Assembly (NCBI RefSeq): GCF_036321535.1
Contig: NC_087437.1
Location: forward strand, 107,820,001 to 107,884,000
From: Camelus dromedarius
Lineage: Eukaryota
DNA length: 64,000 nucleotides
Direction: 5' to 3'
In this document: in pieces, positions 55,611 through 64,000 of the stretch
Position numbering within the stretch: the stretch's first letter is position 1
Layout: the number at the start of each line of letters is the position of its first letter
Program-made: the position numbers and the translations under genes
The notes under the pieces: generated by a model
Told to the model about the DNA's origin: nothing
Database searches by the model: none
The model's input: only the letters and a program-made list of their open reading frames with translations

Positions 55611-57614
55611 TCTTTTTATTTTAGTTTCTGTTCACTTGAATATAAGCTACTACTTCCATCCATATTTACATCCATTCTCTGTAAAGTTTTTCATCCACAG
55701 CTGAGCAGTGGAACTTCCATTTATAGCCTTGGTTCTCTCCATGCTATGGCCATTCAGGAGGAAAATGAAGAACTCAAACTTAGCCCCTATTTTTGGTGGT
55801 CCTGTAACCTTACCTTTTGCTATATTCTAATACTTGTATTAATGCTATTTCCAGAGACAACATCTGCACCTCACATCGTACATCTGCTCCCTGGTCTTCC
55901 GTTGGTTACTTTAAGCCTGAGTCAAAGCATCTTATTCTTTCTGGTTTCCTCCTAGTAATAAAGTTCTGATCCTGTATGTCCATCTGGTAGTTAGCATTCT
56001 GCTACCTGGTATGATAATTATCCCTGGTATGGTCTGATTGTGTGGAAAATCAACTTACAGATATCACTGTCTGTTTGAAGAGCCTCTCGCTAAATTGGAA
56101 CTTCATGCCTGCTAAAGTTAGCTACCCTGAGCAATACTTGTTGTACTAAACTTTAAACTAATAACCTCTAACAGAGTCGTGACCCAATCCATGAGCCAAT
56201 CTAATTCTAAACTTTTCCATCCTCCATGCTGCACAATTCTCCTCTCCTTGAGGGGGTCACACCCAGGACTGTTCCAAGTCTCAGCTAAAAATGCTGTTTG
56301 TACATGTATGTGTGCATACGTGTGTCTGTATGTCTATGAATTTATGTGTAAATATGTGTTGACTGTATTTGATAATAAACCATTATAAAAAGACATTTAT
56401 CTGGCTGCTTTTGCTCACTTAATTTCATGTGTTTATTTTCATTGCATATGCATTGAAACAGCTTAACTTTCTTTGGTCATTTTTAAGTTACATTATGTTT
56501 TACTGGTTGCAACCACTGATGTCTTCCCTTGTTTGTTTATGCTATTAAAGTCAGAGCTTCAAAGAACTCTGGGGATATTAATTCCAGTTTTAACATGCAG
56601 ATGGGCCACCCATGCAATTGTTTATTTCCTCAAACATATTAGTTTGCTACTGTATAGAGAAGTGTCACACATATCTGAACCTAGACTAAACGGTTACATC
56701 ACATCATGCAGCCTTGGCTTTGGGAAACATGGAGGGATCAAAGAGACCAAGCTACTATCTGATTTACTGGATGTGTTACAGCTCATCTCAAATAATGGGA
56801 TAGAGATTTAGCAATATCCATTCTATTGCTCATGGCGATTGGACTGACCTAACTTTTCAGGCTCAGTATGATTCTGCTTAAGGCTTTACTCTGGGAAAGC
56901 TAGAGGAATAAACACAAGGCTTCCAAAAGCTTTAAAATTGTTTTGTCAAAGATTTTGTACTAAAATTTAGAAATATACATACTTGTTTTTGATCTGTTGC
57001 TCAATATAATTATTCTTTGTAATGTGTATCTCCAAACTTCCTCTCTTTTAAAACTCTAAGCCTGTGTATACAACTTTTGTGGTATAAAAGTGAATGCCTA
57101 TTTTCCCCACGCTCATGCACCACAATAAATCTACATGAGCTCTTTTATGTCTTTAACCCCAGAATCTATTAGAGTATTTCACTTCATCTCTGTTGTTTCT
57201 TGACTCTTTCTTGAATACTGTTCTTCCCCCTCTTGGTTAACCAATGCTACTCATGACAGTGACTTCAGAATAAATGACACTCTCTAAGAAGATTTCTAAG
57301 GAATGATTCCTAGACATCTTCTAGATCAAATCTTTATGTTTTAATTGCTCATTTGATTCATAGTTTTTCTTCAAAGCATTTATGACAATTTACAATCATA
57401 TTTACTAGTGTTTATAAAAATCTATTCTGTGTTTTCCATACAGTTAAAGGCCCCATGAGAGCTAATTCATTTCTTTTTGTTTTTTGTTTTAATTGAATAA
57501 AATATTCTTTAAATTCTATACTGCTTTACAATTTCCAAAGGTTTCACACACATTATTTCATATAATCCTATAATAACTCTTTTTTCCCCTTAGCCCTATA
57601 TTGTCCCTCCCCTC

Positions 57615-57668
57615 TAGGATTGCCTGATAAAATTTAAAAAAGGATTTTTTATTTGCTAAATTTGGCTA
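57615..57668. mobile_element. Possible internally deleted MER53-like DNA transposon
   Basis: 'taggattgcctgataaaat...tttttatttgctaaatttggc' resembles both MER53 ends (from memory). Confidence 0.35.
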
Positions 57669-58569
57669 GTTTAGTTGTACCCCACTTATCCCTTCAAGTG
57701 ATTCACGATTGTTTAATAGCATTTATACAACTGGACACACATTTGAAAATTGTGATTTATTTGTCTCATTTCTTGAAAACTGTTACAGTAATAAAACATA
57801 CTGATTTAAATCAGAGAATTTTATGAAATTTTATTTTAGAAAGAAGACATAATTTTCCATAAATATAACAGTAGATACTGAGTGACTGCCCCACAACACA
57901 ATATTTGAAATACATTATCACATAACCAGAGTTGTATATATAAGAATAATATAGAAACAATTAAAATTTTCTTTTAAAGCAATCTGAAATTTTTGAAGGA
58001 ATAAGAATTTACTATGCTTATATCATTGCTCATAGAGTAAAAATTGTTATTAAGCTATTTTAAACCATTTATTAGCTTATACTTAAACTAAAAAACAAAT
58101 ACCTACATAGCTTGCTCTAAGTGATAAGCAAACTATGTTGCAATCAAGACCAGAATCAACATCTGAGCCTATTCAGGGAAGAGGCGTGTTAAAATTATCA
58201 AGAAATTATCAAGAAAAAGGTTTCTTGTGCAATGTACTACATAACTGCATTGAGATTAAAAATGTTTTCATTTGTAAGAAACAGCAGATATTTTCCCAAA
58301 TTTAAAAGATGACCTTATAAAATGACAATTTAAAATGTTTTGCATTGCATCACTGATTTCTGGAATAAATGTTATTCAAGATAATACTGCCTTCCCATAA
58401 GAATTGCTTTAACTTTAACAATAAATTAAAGTGACCAAAAATGGTGTAGTGTATGTATAGTGAATAAAGTTTTCAACTGTGAGTTGCAAGAAGTACTAAA
58501 GATTTGTTTTCTCCAAGCAGAAGCTAGTCATTTACCTCCTGGCTTCTCCTTGATATATTCACAAATATT

Positions 58570-58945
58570 AACATTAGGCTTGGAAGTCAATGACAGAAAA
58601 CCCCAAGTAACATAAGCTAAATTGCAGAATTATATTTTTCCTCTCACATAAGTCCCATCTGTTCACAGCTTGTGTGGACACTGTACATCAATAGGGAAAT
58701 AGGAGACATCTATTGTTTACAATCTTAAGCACACAACTCTCACCTCATGGTTGAATATGGCTGCTTCAACTCCATCCATCATGTCACTGTCTTCCAACAA
58801 AAAGAAGGAAAATAATAGGAGAATGGTAAACCACTCTAGGAAAACTTCCCAGAAATTACTTATACTATATATTTTATCAAAAATTAGCCCAAAGTTAGCC
58901 ACAGCCATGAGACCTAGCTTATCTGAAAGGCTGGGGAATCTTTAG
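58570..58945 (-). mobile_element. Old MLT1-type LTR fragment
   Basis: 'tgacagaaaaccccaagtaaca...cacctcatggttgaatatggctgcttcaactccatccatcatgtc...cctagcttatctgaaaggctggggaatc'. Confidence 0.6.
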
Positions 58946-59049
58946 CTAGGAGCTTATGGTGGCCATGATCATATTTGGGCATATATTTCCTAGTTGAAAA
59001 TGTATTTATACATATTAGGCTGCTTTAAAGTATGGAGGAAAGGTGCAGA

Positions 59050-59445
59050 TGGAGTCCTGATTTGGCTAAGCCAGTCATTTAGTCAGATTTCCTTTGCTAG
59101 TTCTGACCAAAAAAATCTGAGTATATGTGAGCTGGACCATATTAGGTAAGATTTTCTCACCCATAAGAAAAGACATTCCCCTTTCTTCCTCTGGGTATTG
59201 AATGTCTGTAATTGATGCTTGGAGCAGTGGGAGCCAAAGTGATATCGTCTTGAAGTTGAAGACCACACGTTGAGGAGAAAAAGCCAAGAGAACTAGAGAG
59301 AAAGGGAGCTGACCTTTCACCTCCCATGGCTGGAGCTTCTGTCTACCTGGGGATCATGTTATGTGAGATAATAACTCCCCTTAATGTAACGTTAGTCCAG
59401 TTTAGTCAGAGTTTTCCACAACTTGCATCCATGGCAAACTGTCTA
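59050..59445 (+). mobile_element. Old MLT1-type LTR fragment
   Basis: 'ctgatttggctaagccagtca...gatgcttggagcagtgggagcca...ttatgtgagataataactcccctta...gttttccacaacttgca'. Confidence 0.6.
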
Positions 59446-59638
59446 AAACAAAGTCAGATCAGTACATTTATGATTTCCTGATTTCATGCTCTCACTATTT
59501 GTTGTTTTTGGCCAGTTTTTTTTCTTTCTGTTAAGTAAAATAAAATATATATTCAATATCTAAGTATTTCATGTATACTTAAGGCATGCAACTTCCAGAG
59601 GGGACAGTGATTATCTGCTCACCTTTTCTTCACATTGC

Positions 59639-59673
59639 AATAGTGATGCTTTATAAAATAGTGATGCTTTATA
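59639..59673 (+). repeat. Tandem duplication with 18 bp period
   Basis: 'aatagtgatgctttata' occurs twice, separated by one A. Confidence 0.9.
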
Positions 59674-60689
59674 GCAATATCCAAAGGGTAAGGAAAGTCT
59701 TGACCCAGCCCATTATATATTATTTGTGGACAGCAGAAATATAAAAACCATAAAGGTTCATTATTACCTTAGCCAATATCCTTATGGTCAATGAAAATAT
59801 TTCCTTCTGAAAACTACAGTGGTTGTTCCCATTCAAGGAGGAACAGCTAAAACTTAAGATACAATGGAAACCCTAGAATTTGGAAGAGGTTTTCATTAGC
59901 TAATGATCTCTTCAAGAGGCAGTGATAATCAATGTCTACAACATCTAAAATAATGGTAATGTGTCATTTGAGAAAACCACTTGGATTAATGCTCCAAGAG
60001 ATAGTTCTTCCCTGCTTCCTCTAAGCTTCTCTTCTTATTTCTTTAAATTCCATCCATTACTCTTATACCCTCTTCTTTTTCAACTTATTCCTTCCTCTCT
60101 GTTCCTTTATACGTCTTCATTATATTTTTATATTCTCCCTGTATGCAGCCAACGTATATTCATGCTGTTTCCTCTTCCTGTTCATGTTATGTTTATTCAA
60201 TCTTCAAAACCTAATACCAATATTGATTCTCCTAAATTAAAACAATGGCCCGCTCCTCTTAACTCCCTTTCTGCATTATCATGTGCTAATCAGAGTCATA
60301 TGTCATGTTCTACGCTGACTTAGACCTTGTCATTGGAATGTAAAGGCTTTGAAAACATAGTAGAATGTATTCTACACCACATTCAAGAACCCATATTGAT
60401 TAAATTGATTTTTGAGTGTTTTGTGCCACACTACAAATTTGTACATTTTATGATTGTACAATTAACTTCATAATTAAATTAGTCCTGATTTTCATTATCT
60501 TTTTTTTTTCATTTTTCAGTTTTATTAGGTAGAATTGTGACAGTTTGACTGTACATATACTATATATATGTACACAATACACTGCACATATTTTTAAAAT
60601 TTACATATATGTACTGTTCATTGTTCCTAAGAACGTTTAGAGCTTTAGCTTTTTAAACTTACATAGTTATCAAAAGAATAAAGCCAACC

Positions 60690-61190
60690 ACAAAAAAAGA
60701 ATTAATCCAAAAAGATACGTACACCCTGTTATTAACAGAAACACTGTTCATAATTGTCAAGATATGGAAGCATCCTAAGTGCGTATCTATATATGAACGG
60801 ATAAAGAAGACGCAGCATATACATATAATGGAATACAACTCACCCAGAAGAAAGAAGGATGTTTTGCCATTTGTGGCCCTTCATTCACTTTTTTTTCTTG
60901 TCACTTCTAAAACCAGAATTTAATAACTGGCATAATCATATATTTAGAAATAAACTTAATGAAGGAAGTTACCTATACTCTGAAAACTGTAAAACATTGA
61001 TGAAGAAAATTGAAAATAATACAAAGAAATGACAAGATATCTTATGCTCTTGGATTGGAAGAATGAACATTATCAAAATGCCCATATTACCCAAAGCAAT
61101 CTACAGAGCCAATGAAACTCCTGGCAAAATATTCATGCCATTTTTCACATAACTAGAACAAACAATTCCAAAATTTATATGGGACTGCAA
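60690..61190 (+). mobile_element. Two sense L1 ORF2 fragments in non-collinear order
   Basis: 60690-60872 matches the ORF2 end ('gtcaagatatggaagcatcctaagtg...aatggaatac'). 60940-61190 matches the more upstream post-RT region ('tgctcttggattggaagaatgaacattatcaaaatgcccatattacccaaagcaatctacaga'). Confidence 0.85.
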
Positions 61191-61255
61191 TCTTTTGTAG
61201 GTCTTTTTTTTCCCCCTCTTTCTTCTTTTTGTTTTATTTTCTTATGGTCTGATGA

Positions 61256-61621
61256 CTAGAGAAATTCCTTTAACATTTGTTGTAAAGCTGGTTTTGTGGT
61301 GCTGAAATCTTTCAGCTTTTGTTTATCTGTGAAGCTTTCAATTTCTCCATCAAATCTGAACGAGAGTCTTGCTGGATAGAATATTCTTGGTTGTAAGTTT
61401 TTCCCTTTCATCACTTGAAATATATCATGCCATTCCCTTCTGGCCTGTAGAGTTTCTGCTGAAAGATCAGCTGATAACCTTGTAGGAGTTCCCTTGTGTG
61501 CTATTTGTTGCTTTTCTCTTGCTAATTTTAATATTTTATCCTTATCCTTAATTTTTGTCAATTTGATTACTATGTGCCTCAATGTGTTCTTTGGGTTGAT
61601 ACTATGTGGAACTCTCTGCAC
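61256..61621 (-). mobile_element. L1 ORF1 C-terminal fragment, open reading frame to its natural stop
   Basis: 'RHIVIKLTKIKDKDKILKLAREKQQIAHKGTPTRLSADLSAETLQARREWHDIFQVMKGKNLQPRIFYPARLSFRFDGEIESFTDKQKLKDFSTTKPALQQMLKEFL' is a clear L1 ORF1p RRM/CTD segment. Confidence 0.95.
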
Positions 61622-61734
61622 TTGAGAGAGTTATTATCTTTCGACTATTTCTTTCCCTGGAGGTTTCAATACAAACCCATGAATAAATTTTGATCAACAA
61701 AGATGGAGGCTATGAAGGCAAAATCATCTGGCCC

Positions 61735-62105
61735 AGAAGCTCTGAGTTTTCCTGGCTTTGCCTCTTAACTTTAAATCTACATTATCTTGGGGTGTGCATA
61801 ACACCTTTTTCAGTTTCCTTATCTGTAAAATAGCTACAGCCTATTCCTCTGGGTTATATGTTGCAATAATAGTAAACATTTCTTCAAGACTTCATTTATG
61901 CCAGGCGTTGTTAAAATCTTTATAAATTTCAACTGATTTTATCCTCCTAGCAACACTTTGAGGAAAGTACAATTATTTCATTACACATAAGAGGAATTAA
62001 GCCCCAGAGAAGATTAGTAACTTACCCATGGTCATTAGGCAGGTAAATGACAGGGCAGAGTTTCAAATTCATTCAGTCTGACTCCAGAAGTATGTTCTGA
62101 ACCAG
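61735..62105. mobile_element. Two opposed MIR fragments
   Basis: 'cagtttccttatctgtaaaata' (about 61810), then 'gaggaattaagccccagagaagattagtaacttacccatggtca...gtctgactccagaa' (61990-62090). Confidence 0.7.
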
Positions 62106-63559
62106 AACCTCAAATGCATTTATTCATAAAGATGCTTTGACATTATCACTGTACGAATATCAGAAGGTCTTATTTTTATATGACCCTTTGAAGGTCATGG
62201 CTAGTGTCATAGTACAACTTAGGAGCCTCAAGTATATAAATGAGAAGCAGCTGGGATTTTTCTTGAATGACAAGGTGACTTCTCCCTCATTTTAATGGCA
62301 TTGCCCCATAAGTTGTTTATTCATACTCATTCTTTACTCTATACCATAAGCAGTGCTTTTTCCTGTTTTGGTAGTAAACCAAAGCTCAAGCAAATCAAGT
62401 CTGATGGTTATTTGTGCCAGTTTGTAAACTCAAACACTCCATGACTGAATCCAAATGACCCCCTTGTAATTCATTTCAACTCCATTTGTGCCCAGCTCCA
62501 CTTTATGTGAAGTCTGTTTTAAATAAAAATTAATGGGATCTGTGCTCATTGGCCTATAATTTTGTTACAGAGAACCCCACAATTGAAAAAACAACTTGAG
62601 AAGACTACCAAGCAGCATATCTTCAAAACTAATAATTTGCCTAAGACCCAATCCTGTAAGTCCAACTGTCTACCAGAACTTCCTAGTTAGATGGCCCAAC
62701 TTAACTAAATAAGACTCATATTCAAAATTATACTCAGTATTTCTATTTCTTTCCTACCACCACTCCATTATTTTGGTTTTTTTAAACATGTATTTATTTA
62801 TGTAATTTATTGTTCCCACAAAATGTGAAACATTAGGCACTTAAAATTCTCTTTCATCTTTGATCACAGAGTCATAGAATTTTATAAAGTTCAAGGATTA
62901 TACAGATAATATAGTTCAAAATGAAGTCCAGGGAAATCAAGCTTTTAAGTATTGAATTAATTATTAATTTTACAATATCTACATTAATAGGGTATTTTAT
63001 ATTTTCTTCTCCCATTGTATACCTGCTGCCACTATCATAAAACCATCACTTTATTTCTCACATAGTTATTACTGCAATGAGCATATGATTACTGAAACTA
63101 CTCACTTTCTAAAGACATAGCCTGCTAGACAGAGGGTTAGACATGGGTGAAGAAGAAAAAGAACATTCTCAAATACCTATAAATAGTAGACTATTTAAAA
63201 CAATGTCAGATGACCAACAGATAACAAGTAAATCCCCCTCATTAATTTATTCAATCCTACTTCTTCCAGTGGATCTTGGGTCAGCAGTCTTTTCCCATAA
63301 AGGGCATCTGCTTCCAGACCAAGTCCAGGAAGTCCTGATGCGAATCACTGTGGCAGCCTGAAAATTGTCGAAGTGATAGCAATACGAAAGTCTGTGCCAG
63401 AAACTCTGCTTAATTAAGCATTAAGTTATCGGCCACCTGGATACTGTCCAAGTGGATTGAATTCCAAAGCATCAATTATTAAGCATAATTTTAAGTTTAT
63501 ATATTTTTGCTTCTTATTTTTCCAAGCAAAGTAGAGTTTTTGTTTTCTGACTATGTTAA

Positions 63560-63775
63560 TGAACATGTTAAATTTTCTCATTTTAAAGAAGGCATAAAAA
63601 GCACCTCACCCCTTGCATCTGCTAGTTCTATACGCTTTAGAGTTCTCTGAGTTATTACTACCTTGTTCTTTATTACACCAATCCTCTGTTATAGTTAATG
63701 ATTCTTTATATTAAACTCTCTCTGTTCAAACAAGTGTGTTGTTTTCTCTACTTTTATTGGACCCTGGCTGATACA
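63560..63775 (+). mobile_element. Probable old ERVL-type LTR 3' end
   Basis: 'attctttatattaaactctctctgttcaaa...gttttctctac...ggaccctggctgataca' has a poly(A)-signal-like ATTAAA and a CA terminus. Confidence 0.45.
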
Positions 63776-64000
63776 GTGCTGTTCAACAATTATTTGTAAA
63801 ATAAGTTAATAAATCCATTTCTCTAGACTCTAGGTATTTAGAGTTTAAAAATTATTAGGAATTAATTCTATCTTAATTTTCAGAATTTGCAATCTACATG
63901 AAGATATTCAAGAGATTTAAACTGGTAATTCCCAAGACACCAGTTTAATAAGGACAGAAAAGGAAAATCCAGTGACTGAGCCCTTCCTAGCATAAAACAA

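Noticed and set aside
59961..60323. 120 aa Leu/Ser/Phe-rich ORF
   Set aside because: It is a by-product of a pyrimidine-rich low-complexity tract.
1..64000. CRISPR array, operon, defence system or intact autonomous element
   Set aside because: The sequence is mammalian and repeat-rich. I saw no spaced repeat arrays, no long ORFs and no CpG-island promoter.

Overview
This is AT-rich, CpG-depleted mammalian genomic DNA, probably from a camelid (camel/alpaca/llama), judged from a Vic-1-like tRNA-derived SINE at 44459-44589. I found no recognisable host protein-coding gene, so the window reads as intergenic or deep-intronic sequence. A large part of it is fossil transposable elements: old L1M-type LINEs, L2, MIR, MaLR (MLT1) solo LTRs, one relatively young 2.7 kb 5'-truncated L1 with a perfect 16 bp target-site duplication (TSD), and several short 3' ends of related L1s. 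The only ORFs with a recognisable product are broken L1 ORF1/ORF2 pieces. The items most worth checking are: a ~150 bp TSD-flanked orphan retrocopy (46853-47005); a scrambled multi-segment L1 insertion (60503-61632); two minus-strand candidate exons with good splice signals (8282-8350, 5634-5733); and a candidate CTCF/AP-1 regulatory island (22.8-23.65 kb). I do not see a convincing previously undescribed biological system. Repeat subfamily names are from memory of consensus sequences, and boundaries without a TSD are approximate.
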